Assembly (NCBI RefSeq): GCF_009914755.1
Contig: NC_060936.1
Origin: the human T2T-CHM13v2.0 reference genome, Homo sapiens
Length of the DNA: 64,000 nt
Strand: one strand, 5' to 3'
Shown piece after piece: positions 40,789 to 52,395 of this stretch; the stretch's first letter is position 1, and each line of letters begins with the position of its first letter. The notes under the pieces are model-generated. The model had not been told where the DNA came from and made no database searches. It saw nothing but the letters and a program-made list of their open reading frames with translations. Position numbers and translations under genes: made by a program.

Positions 40789-41491
40789 TGTTAGAATATG
40801 TAGTTAGGCAGACATAGGCAGGGCAGGAAAGGGCCTCCTCTCTACCAAGAATGTCAGGGGACAATCAGGTGATTGTCAGGCAGTTGTTAAACTGTCTCTC
40901 TAAAATAATAATTGGTCACAGCTGGTGCCAGGGATAGGCAGTCTCCCAACATGTAGAAAACATCTGAAACTGATGATCAGCAGTTTCCCAATAAGATCTC
41001 AGGAGTTGGGCAAGTGGGCCCAAACATGTATACTTAGAGACAAAATGGCAGAATTTAACTGGTATATGACTTTCTTCTAGGAATGCTCAATTGGTAAGGG
41101 AAAAATGTCTCAAATGAGCATGAGCACAACATCAGTAAACCCACTGTGCATGCAGCCTTTCCCAGGTGCTGGCAGGCCACTGTGCATGCAGGCAACCCAT
41201 CCCAAGGCAAGAATCAAGGGAGAAGAGATGCAAGACCCTGGAAGCACGCTAACATATAAAACCCCAAGTCAAAGGTCAAACAAGGCACTTGGATCTCTCA
41301 AGTTGCACTCTTGGCCCTCTTTATGTTACTTCTTTTCATTCCTGCTCTCAAGCTTTTTAACAAACGTTCACTCCTGCTCTAAAACTTACCTTGGTCTCTC
41401 CCTCTGCATTTCACTCCTCTATTAAATTCTTTCTTCTGAGGAGGCAAAGATCAAGTTGCTGCAGACCCATATAGATTCACTGCTGCTAACA
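40789..41491 (+). mobile_element. MER50 solo LTR (ERV1)
   Basis: tgttagaatatgtagttaggcagacataggcagggcagg ... gattcactgctgctaaca; TATA-like catataaaa near 41253; TSD caat/aaat. Confidence 0.8.
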
Positions 41492-41755
41492 AAATCACAG
41501 GCAACTAACTGATTTGGCCTTTGGGGCACAGCTTGTTAGTTCCTATTCTAGAGAGTGAGGGTGTCCTCCTCCTATTCAAGGCCAATCCTTTCACTCTATC
41601 CCATGATCCTACTTCCTGCTCCTTTGAGGCCTCACTCATTCTATGTATATCTTTTCTTTCCTTTCCTTTTTCTTCCTGTCTTCCTTACTACAGTCTTCTC
41701 AGAGTATAAACATGTTCAAACCTATCTCATTATAAATTAAAGCTTTCTTGGCCCT

Positions 41756-42253
41756 TGTGATATATAATTTTATGTACCAACTTGGCTGGGCTATGATGCC
41801 CAATTGTTTGGTAAAAACACTAGCCTAAATGTTGCTGTGAAGATATTTTTCAGATGGCATCAACATTTAAATCAGTAGACTTTAAGTAAAAGATATTACC
41901 CTCCATAAGATGAGTGGGCATCATTTAATTAGTTGAAGGTCTTAAAAGCAAAGACACACTTTGTGAAAAACAATGAATTCTCCTCAAGTGTGCAACATAG
42001 AAACCTTGCCTGTGCTTCCATTTTGCTGCTCTGTGGGATTCTGACTGAAGACTGAAACATCAACTCTTACCTGAATTTTCAGCCTCCTGGCCTCCTCTAT
42101 ACATTTTGTACTTGTCAGCCCTCATAATCACATGAGACAATGAAATCAGTATTTCTCCCCAGTACCCCATGTAGATAGATAGATAGAGATAGAGATACAT
42201 AGATATATGTAAATTCTATTATTCTATTTCTCTGTAGAACCCTGACTAAAACA
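41756..42253 (+). mobile_element. MLT2 (MLT2D-like) ERVL solo LTR
   Basis: tgtga...ttttatgtaccaacttggctgggcta...aaatcagtagacttt... ends ctctgtagaaccctgactaaaaca. Confidence 0.85.
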
Positions 42254-42334
42254 GCAGCATATTATTCTTTTAGCTACTTCTTACCCTCTGTCTCCCCTTT
42301 TCATCTAAATTTGGAAGAACAATGTTGAGAACCA

Positions 42335-42680
42335 GGACTTGCATTTGGAGACCTGCTGGCTAAGTCTAGCCTCAGATTTACTGTTTGATCAGCACAGTGT
42401 TTTGGATCAGATTAGTTAAAAAACAAGATTGGAATTGAATGACATCACTTAGAAATTGGAAGATTTTATTTAAGAATCCAGATTTCTACTTTTCTTAGAA
42501 TTGTGATATTCAGGCTGGGTCCATATTCTTAAGTAGAGCTGATTAGCTGTTGTTGATCAGCAACTGTCCTCTTTAAGTTAGATAAATGCTCTCCACTCTG
42601 CCACAGTTCCCGCCACTTCCTATTATCACCATCATGATTCATTCTTATGCTTGACCTTTGGCTTTCTCAACAGTTGGCTT
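42335..42680. mobile_element. MER102-like hAT element
   Basis: aatccagatttctacttttctt...gctctccactctgccacagttcccgccacttcctatt. Confidence 0.5.
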
Positions 42681-42719
42681 CCAAGATGCACTTTATCATG
42701 GTCTTTACTATGGCCAACT

Positions 42720-43570
42720 AGCCTGAGTTAAGCTGGCTTCTGTCTAGCTCTCCTACCCTATCTCCTGACACCCTTCTCTTTGCTAACAGTTTCCAGCCAT
42801 ACTGACTTCTTTATTAGGAATATATAGATGCTCATTCCTGCTTCAGAGTCTTCACATTTACTATTTTCTCTTGGCCTATAATATGCTTTCCCAAAGTATT
42901 CACATGGCTGACTTCTTATTAAGGAATTCATTGAAATGTCATCTCCTCAGAGAAATCTTTCCTTACTCCCCCTCATTCACTTGGAATTTGCTCTTTGCTT
43001 CATTTCCCTCTTATTTTCTTCATTTTTAAAGAATTCTGAAACTACAGTTTTTCTTACTTTTTCTGTCTCCTCTCACATCACTACTGAAAACTCAAGTGCC
43101 TATTATAGTACCTGGACCATGTAGGCCTGGACACATATTATTTATTGAAGTTAATTTATCCATTTACCCCACCTATCTGGCCCCTGTATTTGAATATCTG
43201 ACCCCTAGTCTTTACTCACTGCCACTACCTCCTCACCTCCCATGTGTTCCTTAACTCACCTCACTTTTGTTTCTAGCCCCACAATTTGAGCTCTTGCTAA
43301 GGTCATCCATAACCTCCAACTTGCCGCATCTCTCAGTCTTTTTTTTAAATTTGGACTTTTTGGTGCAACTTGACCCTCTCTTGGTTTGTTTTACTTCCTT
43401 TTCCTCCTTTTTGTGGTTTTCCTCATATTCTATTCTCCGTGTACCACTCTTGCTACTCTGCACATTCTCACTGAATAATCTTGTCTAATTCTTGTAGTTT
43501 CAATATGCAAAAATGCAATATCTCTGCTTGAGTGTCCTGCAATCACCTCAACCTAGACTGAATTCATTAC
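42720..43570 (+). mobile_element. L2 fragments
   Basis: ttccagccatactgacttct...cacatggctgacttctt...aaatgtcatctcctcagag...gcctattatagtacctgg. Confidence 0.65.
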
Positions 43571-43571
43571 C

Positions 43572-44711
43572 TGTCTTAAATTGGTTTTCCTGGATAACAG
43601 ACACTTAAAAGAAGATATGCATGCTGGGAGTTTTTTGCGAAGTGCTATTAGCAGCAGAACTCATGAGAGGGAGTGAAGGAAGCAGGATAGGGCAGGAGAA
43701 TTTGATGTCATGAAGATCTCACGTTGGAGATCAAATACTCTTTATGCTTCCTGATAGTGCTGGCTAAGGCTCTGTGGGCAGGAAAGGTAAACCCATCACT
43801 GGAATATGTGTCCATTCTAGTGAAAATGAATTGTTTTCCTAATTAGCATGAAAAGAGTTCAATTCAGTTGACTTGCCACCAAGTGACTGGTTATGATCCT
43901 TATGGGATTGTTTCATATTGGGTTTTCAGTGTTGCGTCTCTGTTGTTGGAAGAGGGGATATTTGGCAATGATGGTAGCTAGAGTAGCGAAAAGAATGAGG
44001 ACCCATCCTGTTAGCCCATGCATAGCTTCTATACTCCCCACCATGGCTACTCTATTCAAATGCCTATTGTGCCATCACCAGATTAACAAATCACTGATGT
44101 CAACTGGCTGAATTATTCTGTGTACTTGATTATTTATGATTCTTCCATTTTAGACACTCATTTGTGGGCCTTAATACATCATTATTCACACTTTGTGCTC
44201 ACTCTCATAGACCAATCCATATACCTTTTCTCCAGATCCTCTTGCTTATGATATTCCAGATTTTCTTCCAGGCCTTGAGCCAATCAACTGAGCCATTCAC
44301 CACTGCCTGTGAATCCATAAGTAATCTTTTCTGAAGCCACCTCTCTTTCCACATCAAGCGGATAATCTTAAGCTTAAGCTCTACTCATTGGGGGGATTTT
44401 TTTTTTCTCACCACCATCTTTTAGAGATACCTCTGAGTAGAGCTACATTGCAGCAGCAATCATTTTTGGCTTGTACCTATAGACTGAGTTAACCCATCTG
44501 TGCTCCTAGTTTGGCATTTTTCTTCCTCCATTACTTGGTCAAAAGGAGCTCTCATGAAGGCGTAGGTGTGAGTTGAAGGAAAGACACCAGGGCAGTTGCT
44601 GATGGCCATTCCTACAGACAGTCTTTGTTATTAGCCATCAGCAGTCACACGCCCAGCAACTAGGGAAATAAGAGTCTAAATCTTGGGCAGTGAGTCATAG
44701 CATTCCTTATA
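43572..44711 (-). mobile_element. Collapsed ERVL-class provirus (LTR16/ERV3-16A3-like): LTR ends around a pol RNaseH/integrase remnant
   Basis: Minus-strand translations AQ*AFE*SSHGGEYRSYAWA and TWWQVN*IE...FIFTRMDTYSSDGFTFPA match ERVL integrase motifs; LTR16-like ends at ~43572-43720 and ~44615-44711. Confidence 0.72.
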
Positions 44712-45315
44712 CCATCATCCCACTGAATCTGCTTCTCCTGCATTGCATTTCTTTTGATAGCACCACCACCCATTATTCAATGAGGTTGTAAGTGTGTAAA
44801 TTATTCCTGACTCCTTCTTCTTCATAACCTTTACTTCCTCACCCTAGATGACTAGTTATTGATTGCTACATGTCTAAACATTTCTAGACTCTGTCCCCTG
44901 CTCCTCATCTCTGGTTTAAGCAGTGGAAATAGGAATGACCAAATCTAAATTTCAGAAAAATCACTTCAGTCTCAGCATGGAAAATGGATTGATGGAGGCA
45001 GGACTGGCAATAGGAAAAATTTAGGAGGTTAATACAAAGAGATTTATAGTAGAAACTTGAAGTTTGTTTTAGATTGGAATGTAGAGAAGTGGCTAAATTC
45101 TAGAAATATTAATAAGGCAGACCTGACAACTTGGGAATGAATGGCAGAGAAATGCAGAATGACTTCTAGGTATTAACCTAAACAAGATGGAGAAGAAAAA
45201 TAACATTTATTGAATCCTATGCTCTGTGCTAATTATTTATATCTGTGATCATGTGGAGCCCAGAAGGCCTCTATTTTCTCTTTTACTTATATTAGGACTT
45301 AACTGATTTGCCCTT

Positions 45316-45708
45316 TTCTATAATTTAAATGTATCTCCCAAAAAGCGTGTGTTGGAAACTTAATTCTCAATGCAAGAGTATTGGAAGGTAGAGCCCAATG
45401 AGGATGATTAGGCCATGAGGGTGGAATTAATGGATTAATGTCATGATTGCAGAAGTGAGTTTGTTATAAAAGGGGAAATTCGGCCCCTTTTTACTTTCTC
45501 TCTTTCTCCTTCCATTTCTCCCTCCCTCCCTCCCCCCTTACTTTTTGAGACCTTTGCCATGGGATGACTTGGAAAGAAGGCCCTCACCAGATGCTGACCT
45601 CTCGATCTTGGACTTCCCATTCTCCAGAACTGAACAATAAATTTCTTTTCATTATTTGTTACCCAGTCTCACATATTCTGTTATAGCCACACCAAACAAA
45701 CAAAGACA
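45316..45708 (+). mobile_element. MaLR solo LTR (MST/MLT1A-like)
   Basis: gtgttggaaacttaattctcaatgc...aaggccctcaccagatgc...ttggacttcccattctccagaac...aaagaca. Confidence 0.8.
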
Positions 45709-45786
45709 GCCTCGTATCTCTACATCTAGTTGTCTTTATCTGGGAAAAAAATAAGTCCAACTTAGCTGTGAAGAAGTTATCAATCT

Positions 45787-46087
45787 GCTGGGTGCGGTGG
45801 CTCATGCCTGTAACCCCAGCACTTTGGGAGGCTGAGGTGGGTGAATCACCTGAGGTCAGGAGTTCAAGACCAGCCTGACCAACATAGTAAAACCCTATCT
45901 CTACTAAAAATACAAAAATTAGCCAGGCGTGGCGGAACGCACCTGTAATCCCAGCTACTCAGAAGACTGAGGCAGGAGAATCGCTTGAACCCAGGAGGTG
46001 GAGGTTGTAGTGAGCCGAGATCGTGGCCACTGCACTCCAGCCTGGGCATCAGAGCAAGACTCCATCTAAATAAATAAATAAATAAAT
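45787..46087 (+). mobile_element. Full-length AluS with (TAAA)n tail
   Basis: Alu dimer; TSD aagaagttatcaatct (45771-45786) / aagatgttattaatct (46088-46103). Confidence 0.93.
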
Positions 46088-46579
46088 AAGATGTTATTAA
46101 TCTTATAGATAGCATTTTGTAGTCATAACAGATTTTGACTTTTATCATTTATCTCTGTATCTGTAGAGTCTAATGAGTACCTGGCACACAGTAGGCATGC
46201 AACAATTATTTGCTGAATTGAATTAAACCTTTTTGAATTAAATAAGTTTTAAATTAAACTATCAAATAACTATTTGCTAACTGAAACCATGGGCCTCCAT
46301 AACCCACACATAGGCTCTTAGGAAGTAGAGTGGGGCAAAGTGGCCAAGGTAGCATTTGGTTCATAGCCATCTCCACCTCCCACCATGTTTTCTGGGTTGG
46401 AATAAACTATTAAAGTCTAAGATGAAATCTTAATAATGGCAAGACTATCACTCGGATTGCATGGAAATCAGCCTGGATAATTCATCTATGTGGAGGACAT
46501 GGTCAGGACAGGCAAAGAGAAACAGGATTCAGTTCCAACATTTCCTAGTAATCTTCCTTAACAGCAATGCTTTATAGAG

Positions 46580-46745
46580 CCATGAAATGTTAGAACTGGA
46601 AAAGACCTCAGAGACCATAAAATCCAACCTCTTCCTTTTACAAATGAGGACAGTGAGGCCTGGTAGAGCTAAGAAAAGTTACCCAATGTTTCACAGTTAA
46701 TCAGTGAAAGAGTGGGACCCAGAAGCCAGTGCTCTGTGTTCTGAA
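46580..46745 (-). mobile_element. MIR3/MIR
   Basis: gaaatgttagaactggaaaagacctcagagacc...ttttacaaatgaggacagtgaggcc. Confidence 0.7.
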
Positions 46746-47844
46746 CCAGGTCAAGTCAGGAAGCATAATTTGGATGACTAATATATTTCAGGTAATTTGC
46801 TAATTTCTGGTGCTGCAGAAATCAGTCCCCTGGACATTAGTTCCCTATCTGATGGGAGACAGACACAAAATCATATTTTATCACCATGAATTAAATGGCA
46901 TGATATAAATATAATGCAATCATAGCTAATTGCTACCATTTGTTGAGAACTCACAGAACATTTTACTGATTACTTTCTGTGACTTAGTTCATTCAATCTT
47001 TTCATGAACTGCTTTATCTATTAATTCCTTTTCAACTCCAAGCAGTGAATAAAATTGGAAATACACACTGAGAAAATTTCTTCAAACCAAAATCTATGTT
47101 TAAGTTGTTCCCCTTCATCCAAAGTCTGAAGACATTCACCACCCAGATTGTGGGTGAGCACCAGACCCTACTCAACTATGATTGGGGGCATAAAGGATTA
47201 ATAAACAGCTCTGGGAACCTTACAGGAACCAGTGCTAGTGGAAAGCTCTGTGATAATCTTAGTAGATGGAAATAAAGCTTGCCATGTTTATGATTTCTTT
47301 GGGGATTATATAGGAGCGTTATAAGACCCATAAGGTCATATTTAAAGCTGGTGAAAGGCCTTTTAAGGTTTACAAGGCACACACTGGAATATTGGTTGGA
47401 GTTTCTGACAGTTAAGTTTCTGAACACTGCTTTTACTGCTTCATAGGGACTGACTGCTGAAAACCTATTACAACATCAATTTACATTTTGACAGTTCCCT
47501 AAATACATCATACCCATGTCCTAAAATGTTTTACAGAAAGGCTGGGCAATTGGCTGTTAAAATCAAAGAACTTCAATGAAAACAGAATTAAAAAGCCAAG
47601 ATTTACTTTGAGATTTTTACTGATCCAGATGGGAAAAATGTAGTCCCTGTATCCTCAATCATTCCGGTGAGCTGATGTCATCTGAACCAAGAAAAGCTCA
47701 AGAGGTTGCTACATAACAGTTTGCATATTTTTAGTGCTTCTCTCCCTAAAATTTTTGATACCAACAAAACTAGTTTATTGTGTAATTAGAGAATAAAAGC
47801 AGAGTATTTAGGAACTCTTACAGTAACCTCCCTACATTGTCTTC

Positions 47845-48660
47845 ATTTGCTCATTTGTTATTGAGCATTTATTATCTGCTAAACATTGTTCTAGGCCCTG
47901 GAAAATTAGTGGAAAAAAAAATAAAGTCCCTGACTTCAGAGAGTTTATGTTCTAATTATGAAGATGAGCGAATGTAGAAAATAAATAAATAAAATTATTT
48001 TGTTACTGAGTAATGAATAAGGTAAAACAGAATCATGAAGGAGAGAGTAAGTTAGTGTGTATGTGTATGGGGCAGATGGGAGGGGTGTGGTATTTTAGCT
48101 AAGATAATTAGGGCAGACCTCTCAGTAATTGACATCCTAATGAAGAGAAGGCCTCAACTCTCCAGAGATCTGGGACAGAGCAGCCTCAGCAGAAGGAACA
48201 AGTGCAAAGTGCAAAGACAAGAAGGAGGACAGCATTCTTTGACATTTAATTTCATGGTGTTGGATTCTTTTTCCACAATAAATATTTTGAAGGCCTAAAA
48301 ATTTACTTTGGCATAAATGTGATATTCAGAAAGAACTCACACGTAAACATAAAGAAGACCAGAGTAGCTGGGGTATAGAGATAGAGGTTGGTGGAGGTGA
48401 AACTGGAGTACAATGAGGAGAGAGGCAGTCAAGACCTAGATCATATAAGGTCTTGAAGACTATCTAAAAGTTTTGGATTTCATTTTAATTTCACTGGGAA
48501 GCCATTGGAGGGCTTGATGAAAGAAGGTGCAGTCTGAATTGTTGTGCAAAGCTCACATTGTTGCTATGTGAGTGGGTGGGCAGGAAGCATGAATAGGTCT
48601 ATTCCTCACTGACGTGAGGCCAGGGAGAAGGTGGATGATGGTCTCCAGGTAAGAGATAAT
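47845..48660 (-). mobile_element. L2
   Basis: ttattgagcatttatt...cattgttctaggccctgg...gtccctgacttcagagagtttatgttcta...ttttggatttcatttt...gggaagccattggaggg. Confidence 0.75.
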
Positions 48661-48679
48661 GGGTGAAATTATTCTTCCT

Positions 48680-49005
48680 TTTCGAGGACCAATTTAAAAG
48701 TTCCTTCCTCTGTGAACATTTCCTGACACTGTCTCCCCTTCTCTACAAGAAGATACAACTGGTCCCTTCTCAGTTTTCCTATAGCATTTTGCATATACCT
48801 CTCTTAAGAACTTATTAGTTGGGGCCTGATGAGTCTAATGTTTGCTTGCATGTCTCCATGTAAATGCATGAGTTGTTACAAAATTTATGTTGTTACAAAG
48901 ATTACACCTTATCCATCTGAGTCTCTCAGCACTTAGTAGTGGGCTTGATTCATAATAAGTGCTCAGTGAAGTACTTAGTAATAAATGTGTGAATGAATGA
49001 ATGAA
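48680..49005 (+). mobile_element. L2 3' end
   Basis: ccttcctctgtgaacattttcctgac...cataataagtgctcagt...taataaatgtgtgaatgaatgaatgaa. Confidence 0.65.
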
Positions 49006-49464
49006 GTGGCCCTGGGCTTGGTATTCTACAATTGTGACCCTATACCCATTTTTAATTCCCATGCTTTGTGGATTGTCCCAGATCACTTAGGGAAGTCTTT
49101 TATTAATTAATTAATTAAATTCAAGCAGAATGAGAAAGTGGCTTATGTAGGTAAGTGTATGCAAGTTTCCTGAAGATATTTTGACTGAGGGATCATTTGG
49201 CAAGCTGAATTTTGAATCTATTTTATGGGGTAACTATCAAGTTGTAAATAATCAAGGCAGAACATACTAATTTAATTAGGTGCTCTCCTGTTGCCATCAG
49301 TCAGTTTGGAGATGTTGCAGTGATGCTGCTGGGGACTCTCAGGTAAAGAGAGAGCCCAGTGATCAAGGTAGGTGGGACTCAAGACTCAAGCCCAGAATTT
49401 TAAAAAACTATTTAATGTCTCTAACTGAATTATTTTTTAAAATAACGATGCTGGTCAATTTCAT

Positions 49465-49630
49465 GGTTTAGTGGAAAGGCATTGTGCTAGAAATTGAGGC
49501 ACCTGGCTTGGTTCAGAGCTGCTAACCAGCTCTGAAACTGAGTAAATCACTACCATTTTGGGTTTATTTCCTCATTTGTAAAAAGAAGTATATTGGAATG
49601 GCTGATCTCTTAGGCCTCTTTGATTTCAAC
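49465..49630 (+). mobile_element. MIR3/MIR
   Basis: ggtttagtggaaaggca...tttcctcatttgtaaaa...gatctcttaggcctctt. Confidence 0.6.
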
Positions 49631-50624
49631 AACTGTCTGCTTTTATGATCAGTATCTCCACAGGATCTAATAGAGCCCGACAACTAATTGAAATTTCATC
49701 AGTAGTTATCACCATTTACTTGATGATATTCGCTACTAAAGAATTTCCTTAAGAATAAAAAAAAACAGAAACAACAGCAAAAACAACATATCCATTCTTT
49801 GTTTTACTGATCATTAAATTTGTAATTATGCAAAGTGATGTTTTCTCTGGAAATTAGGCATATCTGTAGATACAAACATACATGATTTGAGGTCACACTA
49901 AGATTGGGTTAGAGCTGTTTTATGATTGTACTGTGTCCCAGTTGCTGACACTACATGAATGACATTGAGAATATCTAAGGCCTGGGTGAATCTTTGAAAT
50001 CCAGCTGTGGTTCGTTCAGATGCCCAGCCATTGAGCTGATGGTGGTTTTAAAAATTACTAAGATGAGAATTAGTAAGTGAATTCAGCAAGGCCACTAGAA
50101 ACAAGATCAAGATGTGGAATTAATTGTTATTCTATATTCTAGAAACAAACTGGAGAATAAAACAAATTAAAATGATATTATTTACAATAGCATCAAACAG
50201 CATCACATATCTACAAATAAAATCTTACAAAAGAAATGTGAAACTTCAATAGAGAAAATTATAAAATATTTTTAAGGGAAATTAAAGAAGATCTAATTAG
50301 AGGGATGAGGTACTATGTTTATGAACAGATAACTAGAAAAGTGAAATAAATAGAGGCTCCAAAAAATGACCTGCATGTGTATGGCCACAATATTAGACAA
50401 AGGTAATGCTGCAAACAGAGGAAAAGATAGTCTTTTCAATAAATGTTGCTGGGTCAATTGGCTCTCTATATGGGAAAAATAAATCTTGACTCTTCCACCT
50501 CACACTGTATATAAAAACCAACTCCAGGTGCAATGTATATATAATTGTGAAGGATAAAATAATAAAACTTATAGAAGGCAACATAAGAGTATATTTTCAT
50601 GACACTGGAGTAGATGAACATTTC

Positions 50625-51619
50625 AGTTTTTTTCTTTCAACTTTTATTTTAGATTTGGGGAGTACATGTTTGCTACATGGATAAATTGCATGTTGCTGAG
50701 GTTTGGTATATGAATGATCCCATCATCCAGGTACTGAGCATAGTACCCAATAGGTAGTTTTCAACCCTTGCCTCCCTCCTTCCTCCCTACCTATAGTAGT
50801 CTCCAGTGTCTATTGTTCCCATCTTTATGTCCATGTATACTAAATATTAGCTCCCACTTATAAGTGAGACCATGCAGTATTTGGTTCCTGCAATAGTTTA
50901 TTAGGAAAATGGCCGCCAGCTACATACATGTTGCTGCAAAGAACATGATTTTGTTCCTTTTTATGGCTGTGTAGTATACCATGGTATGTATATATCACAT
51001 TTTCTTTTTTCTTTTTTTTTTTTGAGACGGAGTCATAATAATCATGGCTAGACTTAAAAGCTGCTTATTTCTGTGTTTTAAAGTATACTTTTCTCTTACT
51101 TTCTTTTTCTTTTTTTTTTTTTTTTCTTCTGAGACGGAGTCTTGCTCTGTCACCCAGGCTGGAGTGCAGTGGCGTGATCTCAGCTCACTGCAAACTCTGC
51201 CTCCTGAGTAGCTGGGACTACAGGTGCCTGCCACCATGTCCGGCTAATTTTTTTTGTATTTTTAGTAGAGACGGGGTTTCACCGTGTTAGCCAGGATGGT
51301 CTCTATCTCCTGACCTCGTGATCCATCCGCCTCGGCCTCCCAAAGTGCTGGGATTACAGGCTATATCACATTTTCTTTATCTAGTTCATTGTTGATGGGG
51401 ATCTAGGTTGATTCCATGTCTTTGCTATTGTGAATAGTGCTGCAATGAACATATGAGTACATATGTCTTTTTTGTAGAATGACTTATTTTCCATTGGGTA
51501 TATGGCCAGTAGTTGAATTTCTGGGTTGAATGGGAATTTTAAGTTATTTGAGAAATCTTCAAAGTGGCTTTCTATAGTGGCTGAACTAATTTACATTCCC
51601 GCCAACAGGGTATACATGA
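50625..51619 (-). mobile_element. 5'-truncated L1PA15/16-like element
   Basis: caacttttattttagatt...gatcccatcatccaggtactgagcatagtacccaatag; TSD atgaacatttc at 50614-50624 and 51620-51630. Confidence 0.88.
51008..51361 (-). mobile_element. Complex AluY insertion (Alu + A-tail + ~65 bp unique sequence + second Alu 3' stub + A-tail)
   Basis: AluY-like ccgtgttagccaggatggtctc and cctgacctcgtgatcc; 17-bp TSD tatatcacattttcttt at 50991-51007 and 51362-51378. Confidence 0.9.
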
Positions 51620-52395
51620 ATGAACATTTCTTAAACAGGACACAAAAAAGCTAACCATAAAGGAAAAGATTGATAAATTAGACTATGTTTAAGTTAGAAA
51701 TTTCTATCATAAAAAGATAACCTTAAGAGAATAAAGAGTCAAACCTAAGAGTGGGAAAAGATACATGTAATATACATGTATTAGATAAGGTGCTCATATC
51801 CAGAATATATGAAGAACCTGTATAGCAGGCACCCAATAGAAAAATGAGCAAGCAGGAATCTAAATGGCAAATAAATATATAAAAGATATTGAACCTCATT
51901 TCTCACTAGGGAAATTTGAATAAATCTACACAGACATACCCTATACTAGAATTGCTAAAATTAAAAAGGCTGACATTACCAAGTGTTGTGATAAAATAGA
52001 TCTTTCATATATTGCTTGAAGCAGTATAAAGAACAACTATATCTTTTACAAATTGCTTGAGGCAGTAAAGATTAGTATAATATCTTTGTAACCCTGTTTG
52101 GCAGTATCTAAAAAGCTAAAAATATGCATACTACTATGACTCAGCAATTCCATTTCCGTATATATGGTCACATATCAAAGCACTGATGTAAGGATCTTCA
52201 TAGAAGCACTATCACAGTGATTGCAAACAGGAAACAATCAAAATACATGTCAATAATAGAATGGATAAATTAATTGTCATATTAATATAACAAAGTATAG
52301 AACAAAAATGAAAATAAGCAAACTACTCTTATGTGCAACATGAATGAATCTTGTAAACATACTGTTGAGGTAAATTCTAATACTAAACAGTATAT

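Larger units (their letters stand above)
39262..41545 (+). mobile_element. MER58B-like host element broken by three nested insertions
   Basis: Pieces 39262-39369, 39882-39905, 40641-40788 and 41492-41545 join into one continuous MER58 sequence. Confidence 0.7.

Noticed and set aside
49261-49375. TACTAAT branch-like motif, acceptor near 49300 and donors CAG|GTAAAG / AAG|GTAGGT
   Set aside because: An intervening AG and a short pyrimidine tract; insufficient without RNA data.
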